A DNA stretch of 64,000 nt. Origin: Laetmonice hystrix (taxonomy: Eukaryota). This document shows, piece after piece, positions 21,352 to 33,168 of this stretch. The first letter of the stretch is position 1. The number at the start of each line of letters is the position of its first letter. The notes under the pieces are model-generated. The model was not told where the DNA came from, searched no databases, and was given only the letters and a program-made list of their open reading frames with translations. Both the position numbers and the translations under genes were made by a program. Location: NCBI GenBank assembly GCA_965235115.1, contig OZ249440.1, positions 7,006,001 through 7,070,000 of the forward strand, given 5' to 3'.

Positions 21352-24300
21352 TCGTGGTGGGCGGGAATCAGCGGCCGGGGTCTCCGAGGCCAAACGGTGG
21401 AGGTGTCGGATACTTTGGATGATTAAAACACATGTCAGATGTAGTCGGCGAGCTGGGTAACTGTAGCTAATGTCGACCGGACCCCTGACGTGAGACCAGC
21501 AAGGCTGAAATGCCTGGCGACCTGTCGGCCATCACCCCTCACCCTTGGTGCCTTGTCGGGACGTCCCTACAGTTCCCGCCCGTCCAGGCTCCCATATTAA
21601 CCCCTCCGCTAGGCTTGCGGTTTGATATCAGAATCATCCCGGGTCGATCAGCTTGCACTATCAGCTTCTCTGGGCAAGAGGCACGTAAGATCGGCGCGGA
21701 ATGCCATGCGAACACGCGCCTATGTCGTCAAGTAATTGCTGCACCCTCGTGAGGATGTACCCTCGTGAACTGGGCGTGGCTTGTGAAGCTGACGCTCGTT
21801 TTCTGGGCCCGAGTTCGTAGAGCGCTCCCAACCGCAAGGGTCGATCACCGTACACCAGGTGTCGCCTTCACACCGCCAGGTGGCCAGATCGCAGCGCCCT
21901 CTGCCGACAGTTAGGGCGGGCCTTCTTTGGGACGTCCCGTCGGGCTTATCTTGCTGTACCAGGCCGCAACCGGAACCAGGCGTAGTTTTACCTTTAACTG
22001 CACAAACAGGCAGTAACTATAGCTACACCAATAAACACTAAATATCTTCTTGGCCAATAGGCACGTCTGAACTGTGCTTTCAGCTGGCCCGACCACTGCC
22101 CCCTACAACCAAATACTTGACTTCTTCTTAGGGTTCTCGCCGGGATCATTTACAACGTAGGCTTCTAACTACGTCACACATACCAGACGACATTTAGAGA
22201 CGGAGGTCGTATACAGGCGATCATTTCCTGCGGACTCCTGCCGGCGTTTGTCTCCATCGAGATATTACACTCTGAATGATGAGGCAATCACACTTTGCTA
22301 GAGTTTCTTAGCATACAATTGGTTTAGGACTCCCGGAGTTTCCGGTGAATGTAACCAGATGTTCACCTGGACCCTTGGACGTAGGCGTACAGTCACTGGT
22401 ATAAGACATTCCGGCAACTCTACGCCGGATGTCACCTTATGTTACTTATAGGGTGCTGACTGCCAAATTGGCTTGCCCCATTCTCTCCTCTTAGGTAACT
22501 CTTACTTTTGGGCTTCCGTCTTGGGCGACTTTGCTATCCTTTCCATCCTTAGGCCTAGACTTTCTTCTCCTTGGTATTATGGTTTACTACGTTTGTCATG
22601 GTTCTTGTTATAACTTAACACTATAACATGTAGTTTTTTTTGTTTAATTTAATGTATTCACACTTTTATTTGTAGTAAATATTACTCCAACATAATTAAA
22701 GCCTTTGAGATAAAGTAGCAGACCTAGGCATCTGATTACAAACTGTAAGCATACATCCTGTCTCCCCGCCACACATGTAACAAGTTACCACCCCATGGGG
22801 TAAAATATGAAAAAACTTTTCTTTTAAATTAGGTGCTCATCTAAGGATGATCACGTAGAGGTTCCTTCGAATCATATTTCATATTAAAAGTATACCCCGT
22901 TGATGTAAAACGGTTTATGGCTGAGTCATACTCATCCGATCCCAGTCCAGGCCAATTGTCCTGGACCAACCGTGAGCCAGCCCGCCCACCTACCGGGCAC
23001 GGAAAATGTTCCGCCGGCTTCAGGGCGACCACACGGGCTGCGTGCGCACCCCCGTACTCAGGCGAACGGAGCACGGTGCATAGATCCAGAGATAAAATGA
23101 AAAACATCTTTTCAACAAAGCAAGCATCTAAAGTTGGAAGGAGTTTTTAGATTAAGGAAATGAACTTCAGTAGTTTTTCACCCTTCCCTTATAGAACCTA
23201 AGACGGGAGATACCTAAGAGGGTGTATAGATCTCAGTCCCCGTCTGAGAGGCGGATCGACAGGTTCCTGGCTTGGTGAGGCCAAGTGCAGTGAATTTGGT
23301 AGTTGGGATGTTGAATGTGGAACTCCGCTAATATAAGACAACTGACAGAGGCTGTCAACGAGCTACAAATATGACAAGGTGCTTCCACTGGGCCAGTTGG
23401 CCCGTTACAAATTATGGGTAATAAGTCGGCGGCCCGGGCACGTAACCTTGGCGGTATGGACAGATGTGGAGGTGCGACGTGCTATGTGTACATATCACAG
23501 GTCGAGGGAAGGCGCTAAGGGGATAGGACCGCACAGTGATACTGCTATGCCAACTGACAGGCTATTCGTCACTGTCTGTACAAACTGAGGTATTTTATGC
23601 CATCTGATATAAGCTGTATTCGAGCCATTATACGTCTTCATTAGTGACCAGCGGTACCTCACATCACAGTGTCAGGGATCGGAGGTCGGACGTTCTGTAC
23701 AACCAGATGTCCCCTCGTCTGACCAGATTTACTCGCACACCGCATGTGATCTCAAAGTTCAACTTTACCACGTCAAAGAGAAAAACGTCGACCGAACGAA
23801 GAGAAAAAACCTTTTGGAGTTTTGGTTTTCAGATAGAAATCCCCGGGCAGTTGTACATGCCTCATGCGTGTATCATAATTTTTTGCCGGAATCCCTGGGT
23901 GGGCTAGCAAAGGATAAGGTGGGGGGGGGGGGGTACTACTCCTGATTATATCCTCACTATTTTATGTGTGCATACCTTATAATAGGGCCTGTGGAATACA
24001 TTAACAGAAACTAATAAAAAAGACGCATTTGATTTTGATAACGATGAGAAGGGAAATGTTATAAGCGGTAATAGAGATTCTGTATTAATTTACATTAATA
24101 GGATCTCATCAATAAGTCATTTATGTTTCATATAGGGAGACTAATACAGATAACTTACTGTTCAAATGACGTTCAGTTCTATCTGTCGGAATTTTATAGG
24201 CCTACATTTTGATTTCAAGGTTAGCTTATATATATATAGTCTTGAAATATTTCAGAGCATGGGCATATAGGGGCCTATTGTAATTACATAATATATCAGG

Positions 24301-26882
24301 GAGGAAAAAGACGGCAGTGATTGGTTTGAGATGTTTGAAGAGTTGTTGATATAGAGTCAAGACAGTGAATCCATTGTACTTCTGAGTGTATACCGTATAA
24401 CGTTTCGCTGACCGTCTCGACCGGAAGCTGATAGTGTCACACTCAACCCGTTACAACCCGACTGAAGACAAAACGGTCCATGTGCTCTCAGGACGAGCGT
24501 GTGTCAGTGGCCTCACCCGGGTGGGACAGGCGAACAAGTGTAGCTCTGATTGTCTGCGGCTGTAAATTGTTTCGGCACGAGTCCGTAAAGACTATGACTA
24601 TTGACGAGAGTTCCCTTCACACTTCACTTCTATAGTTGTCTATAAGAGATATTAGTAAGCAAGGGACAAAGATATGGTTGTAATATTTTTTTTAACAAAT
24701 TCCCCGTCAAGGTGCGTGCATGCAACCTTTCCAGCTTTCACATTATTGTAAACCATTATACATTGTACATCGTTGTAGATTGTTTTATACACATAATAAA
24801 CAAAGTAGGCTTATAGGTGTTTGACGTAAAGACAAGTCTGCTATAGGGAGTCTGGTTTGTACAGGTCTGTTACGGTCAAAAGCTTACATCATCTAGAAGG
24901 ACGGGATAGGTCAGCTCATTCACAGTCTAGATGTAATGTAGACTAGAACATCGCTCTTGCTATTATAAGGTCCGTCTGTAATGTAAAACAGATTGATGTT
25001 TGAATGGGCGGTTGAGGGCGGCTCGCACTCTATAATGTATTTAGCAGTTTGTGAACAGCGTTTGGCTAGTGTAGGTTTACTAGCATCAATCGTCTCACTC
25101 GAGATGATTGATAAAGGCAGCACAATCTCTGCTTCCTCTGAATTGTCTCGTATCTCCCTGACCTTGGTTGGATCATTGGCATTCATTCCGAAGGTCAGAA
25201 GGTAACGAAACAGTACCGTCCCAAGTTGTACAGTTGCCACTACGGCCTGTCCGGGGTTGGCCGACCGCCTGGCTCGGCGTGACGCTCCACCTGATTTACG
25301 GCCTCTGTTTGTCATGCGCAGTTGTCCAGGACTTTGATACGTACCACGTGGCCAAGACGTGTGTCGTTTTCAATTTGCCTTTTTTCCAATACGACGCTGG
25401 GTCTGTAAACTGTCTCTGGGTATTTGTATCTCTATCACATGCTCTGGTTTCGAGACCCGTGTGTAGACAGTTTCACAGCTGTCCCTTGTAATCTCCTAAT
25501 CTCCATTTTTAAAGACGTATTCTGTCTTGTCTATATTTTTATGATTAAATGATCACATAAGAGACATATAACATCAGCTTAGAAATTTAATTATTTGTCT
25601 GTTTAATATAAACTGTCATAACGACATTCAGGAAGTTGAAATGTAAATACTTGGCAGTAGCCATGCGTATACAAGCATGGCGAAACACAGTTGAAAGTAT
25701 CATTATTAACATCGATATCATTGTAACTCAGAGTATCAAACCTTATAATCCGTCAGACTATGCACATATCACCTTAAGCTACCCTCGTGCAGTGTTTAAG
25801 TGGCCCAAGGTTGCTCAACCTTAGAGAACATTCCAGTTGAATTGACGGGCAAATTCTGTGCTACCGACATGTGCTGACATTGCTTCCGAATTTGCCCTCC
25901 TCTTCTGGCAATTTGGCGCCACTTGGCAAGCAGACGATGGGCCAACGATTTCCTTTCTTGCTCAATTGGGATAAATTGCAATCGAAATACATGAACTGTT
26001 CGACCCGCAGTGCACTGGATAAAAAGACAGCTTTGGCTCTTAAATGCTGGCAATTTCCCCGCCAAAGAGAGCAAATCAATTTAAGTTTGTTGCAGATAGC
26101 GACGCACACGTGAAATCAATTACGGCAATTTGTGCGGGCCTGTCGCTGAGGACGGCGCGAGCGGCCGCGTCCAATTGTAATGTTTCTGCCTTGTCAGCCG
26201 GACATCAGCAGGACGTCCGAAATCACGATCACCGACCTGCAGCCGATTATGGCAGACAATTACGATCGCTTGGAGCAAAACAAAAACATAACTTTTGTTA
26301 TCGTCATGGCATCTGCTGAGAGATGCAAACTGTAATACGGAAATCACGAATAGCTGTTCAACATCACCTGACACCGGAAGTAGCACTCCTTGCAGTCAGC
26401 TCATGTGCATGCGCAGTCCATTTTCTGACATTGTAACCTCTGGGTTGAACTACATATTTATTTTTGTCCTTGGCCTATATATATGTTTGTATAGAATGCG
26501 CATGTATGATCAAGGATATATACAAGCATATACATGCATGTAACGCTATATTGTATGACTATATGCTACGTCTATAAACCGACGTATACTGTTGTCGCGG
26601 TCAAAAGGCACTCCGTAAAAGTGTATGACATATAGTTTTTCTGCCGTTCATACCAAATGTATAAGAGCGGAGAAACGCAACGACAAGAAAAAAGATCATG
26701 AGTTAAACCTGCTGTGCTGTTTACATGCATACTAATCACTGTTGCATTTGATCGGAGGTTCATATTTATGCTGTGTATCTCTGCATGTATAATACAGATG
26801 AAGAATGCTTATCAAATGTGCGTACACTGAGCTAGGCCTACAACCTCGCCCCTCTGTGGGATAGAGTCACTTCCCATTCCTG

Positions 26883-26896
26883 CCACTAGGTGGCAG
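26883..26896 (+). promoter_or_regulatory. CTCF-like motif CCACTAGGTGGCAG
   Basis: Exact match to the core consensus; motif evidence only. Confidence 0.6.
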
Positions 26897-27156
26897 TCTG
26901 TGGATGTCGTATTTACTGTGTCAGAAACAAACTACAAATATTCACCATGACCCTCTCCTTGTTGTCAAATGTTATGAGTTATGACCTGTCTCTGAGATTG
27001 TATATACATCTCTCCTGTTAGGTGACGGTTCGGATTTCTAGTCCATGTTAATATTGCCGCAAATAATGATTACTTTATAATCAACCTTGACGGATTGCAA
27101 GGCCATGTAAAGGCAATTAGTAGTTGGGCTGAAAGTTCTTATTTGTGGGTGTTTGG

Positions 27157-27202
27157 CAATCTCTCCCAGGGTTCACCGCGCGGTGAACCCTGGGAGAGAT
27201 TG
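27157..27202. repeat. Perfect 46-bp palindrome flanked by a 9-bp direct repeat (GGTGTTTGG)
   Basis: caatctctcccagggttcaccgc|gcggtgaaccctgggagagattg; direct repeat at 27148-27156 and 27203-27211. Confidence 0.9.
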
Positions 27203-29158
27203 GGTGTTTGGGTGGCTGAAATGAGCTATATTAATGGTCACAGGTAGAGAAGGCGATAGCCGTACTAAAATGCCGAGGATTTTCTCATTTTAACGATTGA
27301 TTTCTTGTACTGAGTACATTTTCTTGCCGCTAGGGGTACTGAATACAATGTTGAGAGGAATGGCCTATAATATGTTTGAACCTGAACTCATGGCAGTGAG
27401 TTCATTGATGGTCTCAGTTTAGTGTCTCCAGAATAAACGTGTTTTACACGGATAGGCCTGTCTCTCGTATACAACAGACGCGTGTACCATTTCCCGCCCC
27501 AATCATTCTAATAGGTAGAATTTCCGTTTATAGACGAATGTGTAGTGTTTGTACCTCTCCAATTCCTACTATATCATATTTTGATTATCATGAACGTGTT
27601 CAAGTGGCCACAAAGGCCCACAATAGTCTGCAGTTTACTACTTAATGGAGTAGTAGTTTGAGGTGAGTCGGGAGGGTGATCGTATCAAACTACACGTGCG
27701 TGGGCTGCAATCGATGAGGCTATTTCCGCACTTGAGCTGCCTGTCTCAGCCTTGATACGACCCGACCAGGCCATAGCCAACCATCGGCCACACCGTTAAC
27801 AGACAATTAAAGACCTCCAAATAATGGACACGTGTGATTTATTTATTGTCGACAAAAAACGGACGATCCACTGGGGTTGTAAAATGACCAGTTATAGAGT
27901 TCTTTAATGGAGCCATGAGAGTCGCATTTGATAGCATTTTGTCTGGGTGGTATAAAATGCACTTTGGAGGTGTTTTCAGGGAATTCAGACCGGCTCCTGA
28001 CAGAAATAGGTTAAGCGATATTGAAATGGCTTTATAGTTAGAGTGACGATTGGCTACTTGTCCTGAGAAAGCCGTTACAAGGCACTCTATCCAACTATAG
28101 AAGTTTGGCCAAGGACACTTGAGATCGTATACGACACATAATTGAGGGCCCATATAATGATAGCCACGTGGAGACCTCCTACGCTGTATACTGAGTGTTT
28201 CGCACTGCCCTTTCAGGTCTATATCTGTTGCAGTATCATGAAGAGGCGATATAGGATGGTTTGCATTCTAAGCACTGTACTTTTGGCAGTGATTACAGTA
28301 TTATGTCCCATAGAATCGACTGAGAAGTAAGGCCTAAATAATAATCGCATGGGGATTATTGCACTCGTGCGAAAAGGATTTCAGCCATTATAAAATATAG
28401 TTTAAAAAGAATTATATATTTAAAAGAAATCTTAGTCTGAAGAAAGTATGACAGGTGTCACAGGCTGCCCCATATTAAGGACTTGATAGATGATAACTCT
28501 AAAAACAAAATATTAATTTTCATAGTAACTATTTAAGAATAATGATAATAGAAAAAACACATTTATAACATACATAATTTCCCATTTAAAATATGCCTAA
28601 TAACTAAGGGTATAACAGGTAAGCTAGGTCCATCGAAGATATTTATGTTTGTGATAAGAAACATAAAGGTTCCGGAGAAAGAAATCGCCATATGCTATAC
28701 TCTCGCTTCCGTTCCACGTGTTTACCGTTTACACCATACATCTAAAAAGAAAGGGCAGTAAAGAAAATAATGCGTTTTTATGGGACTGACAGATATAGAA
28801 TCATGGATATTAGTAGCTTTTCTGGAACCATCAATATCCTAAAGCAAAGCGAGGATCAAAGACACTTTCCACACTACATCATGCCTAGGGGGAGCCACAT
28901 GCGTGTGAGCTTCTAGCCAAAGACCAGCTTCCATCTGAATCTACACCAAGCTCGACAAGTGGAAAACGACTTGCTCGCTACTGACGGTTAAACATGCAGT
29001 AACGATCCGTAATGTTTTGTCAAGCGCCTCCTCAGTCTATCGGAAGTGACTCTGATACTCATCATCTTCCAATCAAATCCACCTGTTTTATCACGTGACC
29101 AGGTGACTTCCCGCCGGAAACAGAAACAACGCGCGCAAAAAGTCGTCTGCCAGAAGTG

Positions 29159-29172
29159 GCGCCCTCTAGTGG
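29159..29172 (-). promoter_or_regulatory. CTCF-like motif CCACTAGAGGGCGC within a promoter-like island (E-box ATCACGTGAC, CCGGAAAC, CCAAT nearby)
   Basis: Exact match to the core consensus; motif evidence only. Confidence 0.6.
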
Positions 29173-30259
29173 TCCGATTAATGGCTAGCCAATGGGTATC
29201 TATTGAGGACCTGTAGGAAAACAGTGAGGGCCGATTACAACAACAAACAGGTTTTGTTTTCTTGTCTGGTCCACATGTATCGTCGACACACATGTCACTC
29301 GATGATTCGCACGTGTCGCGCTGAGGAACTCTTCCATAAACACTGGCCGGCCATCTTGAACCATGCAAGCCACGCCAATGTCAACAGGCAGAAGTGTCAC
29401 TCGGTTCTAGATCAGCCACTTCATACACTCCAGCAATTTCCTGGTCATTTGGAAGATCTGCACAAGATTTTCTTGTTATAAAAAAGAATGATAAATGGCG
29501 TAGAGTCTACATTCTATATAGCGACGAATTACAAAATGTGATATGTTGGCCAAATATTCTTGGTTCAGGCCTACCGGACAGTATATAGATGGTGCAGACA
29601 CCTACAACGATAATGCAGCTTTTTTGGCTTTGTGTGCAGAATGCGTCAAAAGTTAGATTAAAGTAGTAAGACCTAGGCGATAGAAGCCTAATATATCTTT
29701 ATGTCGAATCATGAATATATGAGTTGCGATTAAACAAATTTTCTTTATATTAAAAAAGGACGCATGCAGGGGAAAAGATGTGGAGGCCTACATTTTTGCT
29801 CGGAATCTTTCTCAAACTTAATTCATCTTAGAACATCCTTATTCCGGTATTTTATTATAAATCTGATTAATTTGAGAAGTCAATGAAAAGTGTTATTGCA
29901 TTTTTATAGTTCATTATTATTCCGTTGTTTAAAAAAAAACTCCCATTGAAAAAATTGTTTCCATAACTATTCAAAGCTATTATAATACTACACTGAGGTC
30001 TGTGTAACTAATTTCAAAGCACATTAATAATCCCTGTCTGTGTATAGAGGTTCCATGGGCGTGAAATCAATGTGTGTATCTCACACCAATGCGCTTCACA
30101 CCATCCAGGGATCGCGCATGTGAATTCACAGACAAAATGGTCGATTACTTGGGACATGCGTTTACATCTGTTTGTTAAGGTTGGAGTTCGCTGGGTTAGC
30201 ATCTGTTTGTACCTCGTACAGTTTATGTGGGTATAAAAACTCTGACGTCATGACGTCTG

Positions 30260-30269
30260 CCTCTCTCTC

Positions 30270-30322
<53 letters not shown>

Positions 30323-30345
30323 ATCTCTCTCTCTCCTCTCTCTCT
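30260..30345 (+). repeat. (CT)n microsatellite
   Basis: Direct inspection. Confidence 0.95.
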
Positions 30346-32941
30346 GGTTGTGGGTGTACATGTCTGTGTCTGTATGGCTGTCAGCATCGATATCATCATA
30401 AGGGCGGGACACGCTCAGCCCTCTACAACTACCTAACATTTCCATTTTTACAAAATATCCCCATTCAGCAAAATTACCATCAAACGCCGCAATGCTCTTT
30501 TTCTGACCCTCTCCGATGGATCCGCTATTGAGTCGAAGATGCGAGAAACATGTCCAATGTTTAAAGGAGTTCTTCGTCTTTTTATCCGAAACAGTTGTCG
30601 GATTTAGGCCCCGGGGTAAATTTCATAGCTGGGCGACCGCGACAAGCTTGGAGCGGTCGGGACTGGGGCCCACATCTGTTGTGGCGATCTGTTTCCCAGC
30701 CGTCGGTCGGCTCTCAACACGCCGGTCTACCTCACACGACACGCCGTACGTTGTCCGGGCCCTCTCTACGACGGCATTATCCGCTCACATCAAAGGATAC
30801 GTACGGTTTCAGTTCCGATAGATGAGGGACGCAGACTGCACCGGGACATCTACGGTAGTGGCAATCAGTGTCGTCAAGTTGTCGGAAACTTTTTAGAGGA
30901 GCCAGTAATGATGTGTAGAATCTATACGGGGCGCAAATTAACTTCAGATAGGACTACAGGCAGAACATGTGGGGGGAAATACTTTAATGTGACGAAGTAA
31001 GGGGAATCAGAAAGGTCTACCATAAAAATATAAATAAATAAGTAATCAAGTAAGCAAATAAGCTATAAATAAGTTATAAATCAGTAAGTATAAGTAAGTA
31101 GGCCTAAGTAGGTGCATGGGGGAGTAAGTAAGTATAAGTATAAGTTAATAAATAAATAAATAAATAAATAAAAATATAAGTAACCTATATAAATGAAGAA
31201 ATAATACTTTTATACTGATAAAATAAAATAATTTTATATGAAATAATGGCACAAAGCTTATACCGTACACGAAGCTGGTTTGGCGCCTGAAAGAGTGCGG
31301 TGGATGGTGCACGTGGCGCCCGGACCTCCAACAGTCGACTGTCCCGGCCGGCCGGCCCGAGGACACGACCGTGGGTACTCCCTGGGGCACGGTACGCCAT
31401 GGGTACCCGTCCCGGCTACCAGGGGCCGGCCACCAGGGGCCCACCTCCCGGCCTCGGCTCCTTGACCCGGCCCGGTGGCCCCCCTCATTTGTCCTGACAC
31501 TTATCTGAGGCCATCGGCCCCCTCGCTGGGTCCCTGCCACAGCTCTGATCCTGTAGCGTCATTTGGTTTGTGTTCCTGGCGAAAGATGAATTCCATGCGT
31601 GACTTGAACTCTGTGTAAACACTTAACAATGTGTGCAGAGTCGGTGTAATACTTGCCATGTGTTTTAGATATGTTGTTCGGGCTAGCGTTATGCATACTC
31701 ATTGACAAGCAAAGCGTGTATATGGACAAATCAATACACTGCACATGAACGCTCCAAGAGCGAACGGTGGACAGTAAACATGTAAAACCAAATATCAATT
31801 AACATAGAATATATAAATTTATGTTTAGAAATAAAACAATATAAAGTTTCCAATATAAGGGGGTGCGAGTTCAAATATATGTTGATTAATGTCGGTAATA
31901 TTGAAAGTGAAAGTAATATTATTTAATCCTATGTTAGAGTTTCCAGGCGTCTTACCTCCGATGTTTTGGTCTTCTTTATAGGCGACTACTGTCTGAGAGA
32001 AGAATAGTAACATGATATACCACCTGTGTGTGTCTTTATTTGGCAGACTTCCGATGAAACTCGTACAGGTATACATGTCGAAGTTTAGCATTAAAGTTGT
32101 ATCGTCACCTTTAATCTCTTTATTCAGTTCCTTACCTGCTGTCTCTCTGTCTCTCTGTCTCTCTGTCTGACAGACTCTCTCTCTCTCTATTTCTCTCTCC
32201 CCCCTCTCTCTCAGAACTGAGCAATGAACTTTTATAATATTATATTACAAAAGGGTCTAAATACGTGTATGGCTGCAGGCATGCAGGAACTGAACTGATT
32301 CATAGAGTGTAATTTCCAGGAAAATAGTTGTTCGTCTTTGTTATTCTTGTGTATATAGGCTCATGTCTAAACAATGAAGTTTATGTATGATAATAATCAC
32401 ATAAAATACATGACCAATGTATGGCACCACCAATGAGTGCATGTATACATTCATATATAGACCTAGGCCAGCACAAAGGCTGCATGCATGCAGTAGCGAT
32501 ACACTATACTTTGCACTGGATTTCTCCATAGCTGGTTGAAGGCATTTACAGCAAATCTCGATCTAACGACAATTAGCACTCCGGTTGCCGTCTACAGCAC
32601 AGGTGTAAAATAGCATTTACAGGCGCACTAACAAAACGTCTTCATGTCTCGTAAGACTACAAAGGCGTACCTTATCAGCATTCAATAATTTGGAAGCGTT
32701 CGCATCATCACTACAATCGCTATTACCTCGGCGAATACAAACACATGGCCTCGTAATTATAAACGCCCATTAGAAGCTTTCTTTCCTTTAATGTATAACC
32801 TCATTAAACTCGTTCTAAAAGGCATTAAGGAATTTGAAAAAGACGGACGCCAGCGACGTTAACTGTGAAGCTTGGCAAGGAGCACACACTGGCATGGAAC
32901 GTTATAATTGGAGGGGCGAACGCTGTCATCGCGCCCACGTT

Positions 32942-33168
32942 CAGTGGCGTCTTGGGGAGGGAGGGGGGGGGGGGCTATGTCCCCTCTCAACCTTGGGGTT
33001 GATAATGTGAGATTAACTTGTTCCGGTTCTGGGCCACTGTTCCTCTTCATGATTACTATAAATGGGACATGATCCTTCCCATGATACGCCACCCCCCTTC
33101 CTGTTTTTTAATGGGGAAGGGGGGGGGGAGGGGGAGGGGAGGGGGGGGAGGGGGAGGCTACGCCACTG
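32942..33168. mobile_element. Possible hAT-like MITE with CAGTGGCGT termini and G-rich subterminal runs
   Basis: 9-bp TIR CAGTGGCGT ... ACGCCACTG; no matching 8-bp TSD visible. Confidence 0.4.

Noticed and set aside
28819-28830. TGGTTCCAGAAA on the minus strand (WFQ-like homeobox helix 3)
   Set aside because: Reads WFQKSY* with an in-frame stop immediately upstream; not a homeobox.
30790-30800. GTATCCTTT (U12 donor-like) on the minus strand
   Set aside because: No supported upstream exon or matching branch site; one chance 9-mer is plausible in this window.
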